64,000 nucleotides of DNA from the NCBI GenBank assembly GCA_020632595.1, contig JACKFF010000006.1, positions 1,460 through 65,459 on the forward strand, given 5' to 3'. This DNA is from Nitrospiraceae bacterium. Its GTDB lineage: Bacteria > Nitrospirota > Nitrospiria > Nitrospirales > UBA8639. Both the position numbers and the translations under genes were made by a program. Below are positions 20,272-29,605 of this stretch, in pieces (positions within the stretch are counted from its first letter, which is position 1; every line of letters starts with the position of its first letter). Under the pieces are notes generated by a model that worked only from the letters and a program-made list of their open reading frames with translations, was not told the origin of the DNA and searched no databases.

Positions 20272-21411
20272 ATGATCGCTTTGAGTTCAGGAAGGAACAA
20301 GGAATTGAGTTGGCCGACACTCGACTCTACCACCGAGCCGACGATCTCCAGTGAAACCCTCAGTCTGGCGCTAGAGGCCAAATATGCGGAAACGCAACGA
20401 TTGCATCATCATCTGCATCGTTTGGTGAAAAGTCTTCCGTTACCTGCCTTGCTCTATAACCGCAAGGGGAGGATTGTGACGGCCAATCATGAGGCCCATG
20501 TGCTGATGGGAGGAATCGATTGGAAAAAGATGAATTGGCACGTTCAGGATCTCTGGACAAACCTGGGATGGCCATCGGTTCCATTTTCAGAGTGGAAGTG
20601 GAAATCAGGCCGTGTGTCCTGTTGGGATTGTCCGTTAGGAGGCATGGATCAACCATCCAGTCTGACGGTTCGTTATCTCAAATACGAAGGTGACGCGCAC
20701 AGTGCACGAACCGAACAGATTGAACGTTTGGCGACCATAGGAGAACAGGTCGGGCGGCTGGCGCATGATATTCGGAATCCACTGGCGAGTATTGAATGGT
20801 TTGCCACACTTTTGGGGCGCGATGGTCCGTCCGGCAATGGACGTCGTGAGCTGGCGGATCAATTACTTCACACCATTCGTTCATTGGAGGGACTGGTCTC
20901 CAATCTCTTAACATCCACCACGCCATTGAAGGGAAATCGGCAGTGCGTGAACCTCTTGGAACTGTTGGATGATGTGGAGCTCCTGGCCACGTTTCCCCTC
21001 AGAATCAAACGGCTGACCATTCACCGGCAGCGAGAAATCTCACTTCTCGAGATTTTGGGTCACGAGCAGTTATTAAAACAGGCACTTTTGAATCTCCTCT
21101 TGAATGCGATTCAGGCTTCTCCGCTTGATGGTCATATTGAGATTCATTGCCGGCGGGACTCTCGGCCGGCGCCGGGAAGGGCCGCCTCCGCCATGGTCGA
21201 TGGGGTGGCATTGAGTATTCGAGATGAAGGATGCGGCATGTCCGAAGAAGACCTCACCAGGGTCTTTCAGCCATTTTATTCGAAACGCCAGGGAGGGACA
21301 GGCCTGGGACTCCCGATTGTGAAAGACATAATGCAGGTGCATCAAGGCGTGATTGAGATGGAAAGCCAGACCGGCAAAGGCACAACGGTCAAACTATTTT
21401 TTCCCCAATAA
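20272..21411 (+). CDS. soluble sensor histidine kinase (PAS-like N-terminus, HisKA, HATPase), FleS/FlrB-like
   Basis: H-box LAHDIRNPLASI, N-box LLLNAIQAS, G-boxes DEGCGM and GGTGLGLPIV. ATG at 20272 follows the upstream stop (20265-20267). No TM segments. Confidence 0.85.
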   Translation: MIALSSGRNKELSWPTLDSTTEPTISSETLSLALEAKYAETQRLHHHLHRLVKSLPLPALLYNRKGRIVTANHEAHVLMGGIDWKKMNWHVQDLWTNLGWPSVPFSEWKWKSGRVSCWDCPLGGMDQPSSLTVRYLKYEGDAHSARTEQIERLATIGEQVGRLAHDIRNPLASIEWFATLLGRDGPSGNGRRELADQLLHTIRSLEGLVSNLLTSTTPLKGNRQCVNLLELLDDVELLATFPLRIKRLTIHRQREISLLEILGHEQLLKQALLNLLLNAIQASPLDGHIEIHCRRDSRPAPGRAASAMVDGVALSIRDEGCGMSEEDLTRVFQPFYSKRQGGTGLGLPIVKDIMQVHQGVIEMESQTGKGTTVKLFFPQ

Positions 21412-21422
21412 AGGAGATTGGC

Positions 21423-22811
21423 ATGATCGATACCGAGGGTGGAGTGGGCCGGGGTATCCTGGTCGTTGAAGATGATGAACAGTTGCAATCGGCCTTGACT
21501 TACGCGTTGAGTCAGCACGGGTATGCCGTCACGGTTGCCAGAGATGGCTATGAGGGTTTGGAGCGGATGGAACGCGAGGCCCCATGGCTGGTGCTGACTG
21601 ATCTGAATTTGCCGGGCAAAGGAGGGATGGATTTTTTACGGGAAGTCCGAAGCCAGGGTTACCATATGCCGGTGGTGGTTATGACCGCGTATGGTGGAGT
21701 GGATGCCGCAGTCGAGGCTCTTAAATACGGGGCAACCGATTTTCTGCAAAAGCCATTTCCCCTTGATCGTCTTGAAAAATTAATCGACCAGTTAAAAGAT
21801 GCGCAGCCTGTGTCAGGGCTGGAGGTTCTGAGGGAACAGGAACGATGCCGCCGTGAAGAGCCGCGTGAAGGATTCCTGACCAGAGATCCGAAAGTGTTGA
21901 ACACCATCAGCATGTTGGAGATGGTGGCGGCCAGCCCGGCGACCATTTTGATTCAAGGCGAAAGCGGAACGGGAAAGGAAGTCCTGGCCCGGCATGTCCA
22001 TCGTCATAGTCCCCGGGCCTCTCAACCCTTTGTGGCGATCAATTGTGCCGCTCTGCCGGAAGGCCTCTTGGAAAGTGAATTATTTGGCTATGAAAAGGGG
22101 GCCTTTACCGGCGCGCTCGCGAGACGATGCGGCAAGTTTGAATTAGCTCACCAGGGAACATTGTTGTTGGATGAAATCGGGGAAATGAGTTTGGGATTAC
22201 AGGCCAAATTACTCAGGGTCCTTCAAGAACGTGAAGTGGATCGCCTTGGCTCCAGACAGCCGGTGCAGGTGGATGTGCGGGTGATTGCCACGACAAACCG
22301 GAATCTGGCACAGGAAGTACAGGCCGGACGGTTTCGTGAGGATGTGTATTACCGGCTGAGTGTCATGCCGTTTACTATCCCCCCTCTGCGTGATCGTCCC
22401 GAGGACGTTCAATTATTGGCCGAATATTTTGCCAACCGGTCATTGCGGCGAAACCGGCGCACGCTGTGCGAGATCTCTGAAGAAGCGATGTCCTATTTGA
22501 AACGGCGTCCATGGCGAGGAAACGTACGCGAACTGGAAAATGTGATTGAGCGGGGCGTGCTATTAGCCGGCAATGGGCCATTACTGATTGAACATTTTCA
22601 GTTTGAGGAGCCCGTGTTGTCGACCAATCATGCCAGTGCGCCGTGTGGGACTATCTGGGAAATGGAACGGGAACTTATTTTGAGAACTCTGGAGCGCCAT
22701 GATGGGAATCGGACCCACGCGGCCAGGACCTTGGGAATCAGTATTCGGACCCTACGGAATAAATTACGGGAATATCGACAGTTAAACGGGGGGCTTTCCT
22801 TGGGTATTTAA
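21423..22811 (+). CDS. sigma54-dependent response regulator, FleR/FlrC-like
   Basis: REC (LVVEDD...VLTDLNLPGKGG...LQKPF), [14 protein letters not shown], and an HTH (RTHAARTLGISIRTL). Sits directly downstream of the kinase and upstream of flgB. Confidence 0.9.
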   Translation: MIDTEGGVGRGILVVEDDEQLQSALTYALSQHGYAVTVARDGYEGLERMEREAPWLVLTDLNLPGKGGMDFLREVRSQGYHMPVVVMTAYGGVDAAVEALKYGATDFLQKPFPLDRLEKLIDQLKDAQPVSGLEVLREQERCRREEPREGFLTRDPKVLNTISMLEMVAASPATILIQGESGTGKEVLARHVHRHSPRASQPFVAINCAALPEGLLESELFGYEKGAFTGALARRCGKFELAHQGTLLLDEIGEMSLGLQAKLLRVLQEREVDRLGSRQPVQVDVRVIATTNRNLAQEVQAGRFREDVYYRLSVMPFTIPPLRDRPEDVQLLAEYFANRSLRRNRRTLCEISEEAMSYLKRRPWRGNVRELENVIERGVLLAGNGPLLIEHFQFEEPVLSTNHASAPCGTIWEMERELILRTLERHDGNRTHAARTLGISIRTLRNKLREYRQLNGGLSLGI

Positions 22812-22930
22812 AAGGAGGAAATGGAAGAACATCTGGATGCCTCGCGACTGCCGGCTGTCAGGAATGGCAGGAGTAGGGCGGAAAAATATGCCGATCCGGG
22901 AAAAAGTTTCCTTGCGGCCATGAACGACGT

Positions 22931-22994
22931 ACGGTGAGAGAGTTGAGGAGTACGAGGAAAAGCGGGAGGGTCTCTTTTTTCGCTTTACGGTTCA
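22931..22994 (+). repeat. possible member of the SD-like/anti-SD-like intergenic hairpin family (weak)
   Basis: ACGGTGAGAGAGTTGAGGAGTACGAGGAAAAGCG ... CGCTTTACGGTTCA, upstream of the flgB promoter. Confidence 0.3.
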
Positions 22995-23012
22995 TTTCTT
23001 GCCGGTACTTTC

Positions 23013-23027
23013 TGGCATTGGTGTTGC
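23013..23027 (+). promoter_or_regulatory. candidate sigma54 (-24/-12) promoter for flgB operon
   Basis: TGGCAT-N5(TGGTG)-TTGC with exact consensus spacing, ~100 nt upstream of the flgB ATG. Confidence 0.6.
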
Positions 23028-23124
23028 TGCCTTGCGGAAGGACGTGAGGGTTTTCTCGGACAGTCAGGAGGGGGATGCAGGTGCAGATACAGGAGTACAT
23101 GAAAATTGGAAAGGAGAGAAGGCT

Positions 23125-23541
23125 ATGATGATTTCCCCGTGGGATGAAGGCACGCGACTCTTTGAGCGGTCACTGGATGTCCGGAGCGGTATTCAGGAAA
23201 CGATTGCCTCCAACATGGCCAACGAAGAAACGCCGGGCTATAAGTCCAGGATCCTGCCCTTCCACGAAACCTTCAATGCGGTTCTTCGAGGGGATGGCCC
23301 ATTAGAGTCTGTCGTCACCAATCCGAAACATGTGCGCACGGCCTCAGAGGATTCCCGGATATTTCAGCACACCATCAAACAGGATGCCGGAGCCGGGTTA
23401 GACGAGAATACCGTGAATTTGGAAAAAGAAATGACCCTGATGGCGGAAAATACCTTAATGTATATGGCGGTCAGTCAATTCTTAAAAGGGCGCTTCGATG
23501 GGTGGAATGCGGCAATTGATGGAGGTAGTGGCGGTAGGTGA
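23125..23541 (+). CDS. flgB: flagellar basal-body rod protein FlgB
   Basis: IASNMANEETPGYK rod-protein N-terminal motif. AAGGAGAG lies upstream of ATG 23125. Confidence 0.9.
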   Translation: MMISPWDEGTRLFERSLDVRSGIQETIASNMANEETPGYKSRILPFHETFNAVLRGDGPLESVVTNPKHVRTASEDSRIFQHTIKQDAGAGLDENTVNLEKEMTLMAENTLMYMAVSQFLKGRFDGWNAAIDGGSGGR

Positions 23542-23669
23542 AGGTTTTTGAACTAGTGCTTCCTATTACGCCGATCCCAGTAAAGCCGAGTGAACCCGTG
23601 AAGCGTGAGGTTGGCCAAGATAAGAAGGATGAGAAGAGCTGAAATGGGTGCCGGAACAAGGAGGTTGAG

Positions 23670-24113
23670 ATGAATATTGATCGAGTGTTTTCGGTCGTCG
23701 GGTCTGCCTTGGATGCACAACGGCAGCGGCTAAATATCATTGCCAGTAACTTAGCCAATGCGGAATCCACCCGGACGCCGGAAGGAGGACCATACATCAG
23801 ACGTGATGTCGTGTTTCAAGCCTCACCGGCAGAGCGCCAGTTTTCCAATGTATTTGCCAATGCCTTTGGTGATCAGTCCGGACCAGCCGGCGTTCGGGTG
23901 ACGGATGTGATTCAAGACGAGCGACCGTTACGAACCATGTACGATCCCAGTCATCCCGATGCGGATGAACAGGGGTATGTACACCTTCCGAATGTGAATC
24001 CGATTGAGGAGATGGTGAATCTCATGTCGGCCACCCGGGCCTACGAGGCCAATCTCGCGGTGATGGAAACCGGCAAGACGATGACGCTTCGTGCATTAGA
24101 AATGAGTCGTTAA
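23670..24113 (+). CDS. flgC: flagellar basal-body rod protein FlgC
   Basis: IIASNLANAESTRTPEGGPY...VHLPNVNPIEEMVNLMSATRAYEAN. Confidence 0.9.
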   Translation: MNIDRVFSVVGSALDAQRQRLNIIASNLANAESTRTPEGGPYIRRDVVFQASPAERQFSNVFANAFGDQSGPAGVRVTDVIQDERPLRTMYDPSHPDADEQGYVHLPNVNPIEEMVNLMSATRAYEANLAVMETGKTMTLRALEMSR

Positions 24114-24147
24114 GACGTTTCAATTCTGAAGGAAGGAGAACGGGGAA

Positions 24148-24450
24148 ATGGACGATCTTCAGATTAAAGGCATTGAGGGTGTTTCGGAATCGTTTGGTGT
24201 CACCCCGCTGAAAGGACCCGCTAGCCAGGACAAGGGATTCAGCGATCTCTTGAAGAATGCGGTGGAGTCCGTCAATACAATGCAATATGAGGCCATGCGA
24301 TTGGAAGATGCGGTTGCCAAGGGAGAAAATGTCAACATTCATCAAGCGGTCATTGCCGGTGAAAAAGCCGGGTTATCGTTCAAACTCTTGATGCAGGTCA
24401 GAAATAAGGTGATTGATGCCTATCAGGAAGTTATGCGGATGCAAGTGTAA
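24148..24450 (+). CDS. fliE: flagellar hook-basal body complex protein FliE
   Basis: 100 aa. FSDLLKNAVESVN...IHQAVIAGEKAGLSFKLLMQVRNKVIDAYQEVMRMQV is a typical FliE C-terminus. Confidence 0.85.
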   Translation: MDDLQIKGIEGVSESFGVTPLKGPASQDKGFSDLLKNAVESVNTMQYEAMRLEDAVAKGENVNIHQAVIAGEKAGLSFKLLMQVRNKVIDAYQEVMRMQV

Positions 24451-24600
24451 GTCATGCTGGCCTTGAAACATGCTGGTTCCGACCATGGCGGAGACCTCAA
24501 TGAGAGGGCCGGCACCGGTCACATCACGTACGAGTTCTCGGTGTAAGAATGATGCCCACATTTCTTCAATCGCGAGCATTGAGCACAATCCGCCAATCCC

Positions 24601-26193
24601 ATGGACAGCCTTCTTAGTAATTTTCAAGCCTTAACCTTAACCCAGCGGATCGGCGTGGTCGTCGTCCTGGCTTTAGCCCTGGCGACCATTCCAATGTTGA
24701 TGGTGGTCGGAAGGGCCCCTGAATTGGTGGTGTTGTTTTCTCAGCTCAATCCCGATGATACGCGGGCAATTATTCAAGAACTGGGCAAGCAAGGCGCGGT
24801 CTATGAGGTGGGTGACGGCGGGAATACGATTAAAGTTCCTGCCGAACGGGTGCATGAATTGCGACTCCAGCTGGCCTCGTTAGGACTTCCTGAATCGGCT
24901 GGGGTGGGATTTGAAATTTTCGATCGAACCGGATTGGGCGTGACGCCTTTTACGCAACAAATGAATTACCGGCGGGCGCTTCAAGGAGAACTGGCGCGGA
25001 CCATCTCGCAATTATCCCAAGTTGAGCGGGTACGCGTGCATCTGGTGATGCCCGAGAAGCGCCTGTTTGCGACGGAACAAAAACCAGCCCAGGCTGCAGT
25101 CGTGCTAACGCTCAAGCGTGGGGCTCCTCTTGGCGGCACACAGGTTCAGGGGATCGTGCATTTAGTGGCCAGTAGCGTCGAGGGATTAGAGCCCGGCCAG
25201 GTGACGGTCGTGGACAATCACGGTCAGGTGCTCAGTCAAAACTCTGCGGATAGTGATGCCCAACTGACGGCTTCTCAAATTGAAACTCAACGACGGGTAG
25301 AACGGGATCTGGAGCAACGGGTGCAGACGATGTTGGATCAGGTCTTGGGCCGGGACAAGTCTGTGATTCGGGTCACTGCGCCGTTGGAATTCCGGCAGGT
25401 CGAAATCACCGAAGAAAGCTTTGACCCCAATAGCCAGGTGGTACGAAGTGAAAACCGGAGTCAGGAGAAGGTGCTGGAATCCGGTTCGACCCACGGGGGA
25501 CCGGGTGTTCCGGGTGTCAGGAGCAATGTCCCCAGTGAACTCAAGGCAGGAAACGGAACAGAACAAAAAGAAGCCAAACGAAAAAATGAAACCTTGAATT
25601 ATGAAGTCAATCGTAAAGTGAGCAAAATCATTGAACCGACCGGGGCGATTAAGCGGTTAAGTGTGGCGGTCTTAGTGGATGGGACCTATGAAACGGCTCA
25701 GGGAGCTGATGGACAGGCGACTGGGGATACCTCGGAAAAGAAATATGTGCCACGGCCTGAACAGGAAATCCAGAATCTGGTCCAAATTGTGAAAAAAGCG
25801 GTCGGATTCTCCGAGGAACGCGGGGATCAAATTGAAGTCATCAATGTGCCGTTTGAATCTCCCGCCGTCCTTGAAGGTGAAGAAAGTTTCACGGCGGGTG
25901 TGCAATCCTTCCTGGCCGCGTGGGGTGGTTTTCTGAAGCCCGTCCTCTTTTTCTTCCTGGGAGTGATGGTGCTGTGGTTCGTGGTTCGACCGATGGCGCT
26001 GAATCTCACCAAGCCCACCGCGGCAGCGGTGGTCCTGCCGCAGAAAGGGTTGCCGGCCACGGTGACCGAGTATGAAGCCGAAATTTCCGAAACCCCTCAG
26101 GAACAAGCCATTAAGCTGGCTGCAGATAATCCGGCCTCCGCCGCGCAAGTGATTCGAACCTGGATTAAAGAAGAACAAGGGGAAAAAGTTTAA
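24601..26193 (+). CDS. fliF: flagellar MS-ring protein FliF
   Basis: N-terminal TM, the LQGELARTISQL / VRVHLVMPE motif, and a second TM near the C-terminus. Confidence 0.9.
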   Translation: MDSLLSNFQALTLTQRIGVVVVLALALATIPMLMVVGRAPELVVLFSQLNPDDTRAIIQELGKQGAVYEVGDGGNTIKVPAERVHELRLQLASLGLPESAGVGFEIFDRTGLGVTPFTQQMNYRRALQGELARTISQLSQVERVRVHLVMPEKRLFATEQKPAQAAVVLTLKRGAPLGGTQVQGIVHLVASSVEGLEPGQVTVVDNHGQVLSQNSADSDAQLTASQIETQRRVERDLEQRVQTMLDQVLGRDKSVIRVTAPLEFRQVEITEESFDPNSQVVRSENRSQEKVLESGSTHGGPGVPGVRSNVPSELKAGNGTEQKEAKRKNETLNYEVNRKVSKIIEPTGAIKRLSVAVLVDGTYETAQGADGQATGDTSEKKYVPRPEQEIQNLVQIVKKAVGFSEERGDQIEVINVPFESPAVLEGEESFTAGVQSFLAAWGGFLKPVLFFFLGVMVLWFVVRPMALNLTKPTAAAVVLPQKGLPATVTEYEAEISETPQEQAIKLAADNPASAAQVIRTWIKEEQGEKV

Positions 26194-26196
26194 TCC

Positions 26197-27192
26197 GTGA
26201 ATAGTCAATTATCCGGATATGAGAAAGCGGCGATTTTGTTGCTTGCTATTGGGGAGAGTGCCGCGGTGGAAGTCTTGAAAGTCCTCGATCAAAAGGACAT
26301 CCGGCAAATCGGCGCCTATTTGGGAGCGTTGGTCAATGTGGGGCAGGATGAACATCGATTGGTGTTAAAAGAATTCCGGGAATTGGCCGGAACATCCGGT
26401 CTGTCGGTGGAAGGCAAAACCTATCTTTCAAAAATCCTCAATGCGGCACTGGGTAAAGATAAAGCCCGGCGTATTTTGAGTTCCCTGAATACGTCGGAGA
26501 ATGCCGGATTTGAAACCTTGAAATCCCTCGATGCAGCATCGATTGCGAACTTGTTGGCCATTGAACATCCTCAAACAGGCGCCTTGATTCTAGCCAATTT
26601 AGAATCTGATCACGCGGCTCAGATTTTGTCATTGCTCCCCGCAAATAAACGGGATGCCATCGTCTACCGGTTAGCCACCACAGAAGAAGTCTCGCCCAAT
26701 ATGTTGGACGAATTAAATTCTGTGCTTCAGGAGGAATTGCGTCTGGGGTCATCCAAAAATGCGGTGGCCGTGGGCGGGACCGGGCTGGTGGCCGAAATCC
26801 TGAATTCCGTGAAACGCAATGTGGAAGGGGAAATCCTGACCTCCCTGGAAAGCAAAAATCCGGAGATTGCCGAAGAAATCCGTGGGAAGATGTTTGTGTT
26901 TGAAGATCTGGAAAATGTCGATGATCGCGGAATGCAGGAATTGTTGCGTGAAGTCAGCAAAGAAGAATTATTGCTGGCTCTGAAGCCGATTGATGGCCCA
27001 CTCCGGGATAAATTCTTTAAGAATATGTCCAGTCGAGCGGCGGAATCTCTGAAGGAAGATATGGAGACGCGAGGCCCGGTCAAGCTGAGTGATGTGGAAA
27101 CCGCTCAGCAGAACATTATTAAAACCGTTCAGCGCCTGGCCGGTGAAGGCCGCGTAGCCTTGGGAGGAAAGGGTGAGGAGCAAATGGTCTAA
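26197..27192 (+). CDS. fliG: flagellar motor switch protein FliG
   Basis: GYEKAAILLLAIGE...MFVFEDL...SSRAAESLKEDME. GTG start. Confidence 0.9.
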   Translation: MNSQLSGYEKAAILLLAIGESAAVEVLKVLDQKDIRQIGAYLGALVNVGQDEHRLVLKEFRELAGTSGLSVEGKTYLSKILNAALGKDKARRILSSLNTSENAGFETLKSLDAASIANLLAIEHPQTGALILANLESDHAAQILSLLPANKRDAIVYRLATTEEVSPNMLDELNSVLQEELRLGSSKNAVAVGGTGLVAEILNSVKRNVEGEILTSLESKNPEIAEEIRGKMFVFEDLENVDDRGMQELLREVSKEELLLALKPIDGPLRDKFFKNMSSRAAESLKEDMETRGPVKLSDVETAQQNIIKTVQRLAGEGRVALGGKGEEQMV

Positions 27193-27811
27193 GGTGCGTT
27201 CGCTTATGGAACAGGATGACACAGTCAAGCGTTTTCAGATGGTGGAATTAGTCCACAAAAGTGCGAAGCAGCGGGCCGAGGAGGCTCAACCTCATGATTG
27301 CAGGGAACTCCAACAAGCTGCCTTTGAGCGGGGACGCCAGGCCGGAATCGCCGAGGGGCGTGCCCAGTGCCATGCCCAAGTGGAGGAGGAGATCAAAAAG
27401 ACCCTTCGATTAGCCAATCAAATTGGTCGGGCTCGGGTAATCGCGTTAGAAGAACAGGAACGGGATATTGTGGAGGTCGCGCTGGCGATTAGCAAAAAAA
27501 TTCTGCTACGGGAATGTGAGAACGATAAAGAGCTCGTGGTTCGACAAGTGCGTCAGGTGCTTGGACTGCTTCACGACAAAACGTTAGTGACGCTGAAAGT
27601 CCATCCGCAAGACTTCAAAATCCTAGAGCCCCTTCAACACACATTACGACCGGAGTGGGCCGATGGCGATCATCTGGCACTTGAAGCCTTTGATGACGTC
27701 GACCCGGGTGGATGCCTGGTTGAGCAGGCCGGCCTTTTGTTCGATGCCAGGCTGACTCAACAACTGGCACTTTTAGCCAGCGAATTCGGATTGGAAGCCC
27801 CCCGGTTATGA
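27173..27811 (+). CDS. fliH: flagellar assembly protein FliH
   Basis: Lies between fliG and fliI with start/stop overlaps. Charged coiled-coil N-terminus plus a FliH-like C-terminus (GGCLVE). Confidence 0.65.
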   Translation: MRSKWSKVRSLMEQDDTVKRFQMVELVHKSAKQRAEEAQPHDCRELQQAAFERGRQAGIAEGRAQCHAQVEEEIKKTLRLANQIGRARVIALEEQERDIVEVALAISKKILLRECENDKELVVRQVRQVLGLLHDKTLVTLKVHPQDFKILEPLQHTLRPEWADGDHLALEAFDDVDPGGCLVEQAGLLFDARLTQQLALLASEFGLEAPRL

Positions 27812-29151
27812 GTCTCTCCACGATTCAACAACGGTTGGACGACATTGTTCCGGTGACGATTACCGGACGCGTCGTCAAAGCCGTGGGGCTGACTCTGGAA
27901 GGCACCGGCTTGGGAGCTTCGGTCGGTCAACGATGCCATATCTTCAGTAAGCGAGGGCAGTCGATGGTGGAGGGAGAAGTCATCGGGTTTCGGGAGCAAC
28001 GTGTGGTGGTCATGCCGTTCGGAGCTGTACGCGGCATCGCCGCCGGAAACCTCATTCGCTACGATCCGACCTCTTCACGATTATTGGTCGGGCCTCAAAT
28101 GTTGGGTCGAGTCGTGGATGGACTCGGGGAGCCGTTGGATGGAAAAGGGCCGCTGTCCCGTAGCCGCCGCTATGCTCTCTATGCGCCCGCTCCGGCGCCC
28201 ATGCTCCGGGAGCGCATTACCATGCCCATGGATTTGGGCGTACGAGCTATCAATGCCCTGTTGACTTGCGGGGTCGGGCAAAAACTCGGGATTTTTGCCG
28301 GAAGTGGAGTCGGGAAAAGTGTCTTGATGGGAACGATGTGCCGGCACACATCTGCCGATGTGAATGTGATCGCACTGGTGGGTGAGCGAGGACGGGAAGT
28401 CCGGGAATTTCTGGAACGGGATCTGGGCCGGGAAGGGCTCCGCCGTTCGGTGGTGGTGGTGGCCACCTCGGATCAATCCCCGTTGGTGCGGGTCCGGGCA
28501 GCGTTTGTGGCCACCGCCATTGCCGAGTTTTTTCGGGATCAGGGCAATCAGGTGTTGCTCCTGGTTGATTCCCTAACCCGGTTGGCACATGCGCAACGGG
28601 AGGTGGGGCTGGCTGCCGGAGAACCGCCAACCACCAAAGGGTATCCGCCGTCTGTCTTTACGCTCTTTCCTCAAGTCTTAGAGCGGGTGGGGCCGGTGGG
28701 AACGGGATCCATAACCGGTCTGTATACGGTGCTTGTTGACGGTGACGATTTAAACGATCCCATTGCCGATTCTATCCGGTCTATTTTGGACGGACACATT
28801 GTGTTGACACGACGGTTGGCGATGCAAGGACACTTTCCCGCGATTGATGTCCTGCAAAGTGTGAGTCGGGTGATGTCGGATATCGCATCGACCACCCATC
28901 AGGATGCTGCCAGATTTCTGGTGCAGATGATGGCCGAATACCGGAATGCGGAAGACCTCATCAATTTGGGGGCGTATCAATTAGGGACGAATCCTCGACT
29001 CGATGCGGCGATCCACATGAAAGGGCCGATCGATGCTTTTCTCAGACAGCAACGCGAGGAAGGGGTGGGTATACCGGCAAGCTGCGAGGGTCTCGAATCG
29101 TTGGCACAACAGGGCCGGCGTCTTCTTGAAAGAAAGGGGAAAACCGTATGA
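27808..29151 (+). CDS. fliI: flagellum-specific ATPase FliI
   Basis: Walker A GSGVGKS, Walker B LLLVDSLTR, F1/T3SS ATPase fold. Confidence 0.95.
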   Translation: MSLSTIQQRLDDIVPVTITGRVVKAVGLTLEGTGLGASVGQRCHIFSKRGQSMVEGEVIGFREQRVVVMPFGAVRGIAAGNLIRYDPTSSRLLVGPQMLGRVVDGLGEPLDGKGPLSRSRRYALYAPAPAPMLRERITMPMDLGVRAINALLTCGVGQKLGIFAGSGVGKSVLMGTMCRHTSADVNVIALVGERGREVREFLERDLGREGLRRSVVVVATSDQSPLVRVRAAFVATAIAEFFRDQGNQVLLLVDSLTRLAHAQREVGLAAGEPPTTKGYPPSVFTLFPQVLERVGPVGTGSITGLYTVLVDGDDLNDPIADSIRSILDGHIVLTRRLAMQGHFPAIDVLQSVSRVMSDIASTTHQDAARFLVQMMAEYRNAEDLINLGAYQLGTNPRLDAAIHMKGPIDAFLRQQREEGVGIPASCEGLESLAQQGRRLLERKGKTV

Positions 29152-29594
29152 ATTGGACGACACTGCTCCGATTTCGAAAGCAAGTGGAAGACCTCGCCCG
29201 CGAAGAAGTGGTCTTGGCGGAGTGGGGAAAAAGTCAGATCGTCTCAAAACGGGATGACCTTATGCTTGAAATGGAAGTGGTGGCCACTGAATTGGACCAG
29301 CGCATACGAGAGGGTATCGACAATATGATTGCTGAGCAACGCTATCAGTGGCTGGATCAAATCAGTACGGCCATCGAACAACAAAGCCAACAGATTCAGA
29401 TTGCGGAAGCCAATCTCGTTGATTTACGGGCCACATTAAAAAAGGCCCATCATGCCAGACGTGTGGTGGAGTTGGTGATCGCCAAGAAGGAGCAAGTGGT
29501 TATGCAAAAAGTCGCCACACAGGAACAACAGATGCAGGAAGATGTGACGGCTCATGCTTATGCCACTTCGCAACTTGAAGAAATGATCCAATAG
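29148..29594 (+). CDS. fliJ: flagellar export chaperone FliJ
   Basis: 148-aa coiled-coil protein overlapping the fliI stop; canonical position. Confidence 0.65.
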   Translation: MNWTTLLRFRKQVEDLAREEVVLAEWGKSQIVSKRDDLMLEMEVVATELDQRIREGIDNMIAEQRYQWLDQISTAIEQQSQQIQIAEANLVDLRATLKKAHHARRVVELVIAKKEQVVMQKVATQEQQMQEDVTAHAYATSQLEEMIQ

Positions 29595-29605
29595 GGATTG
29601 GAAAT

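Noticed and set aside
24458-24473. sigma54-like TGGCCT-N6-ATGC before fliF
   Set aside because: The GG-to-GC spacing is one nt longer than the strict -24/-12 geometry, and the -12 element is ATGC rather than TTGC.
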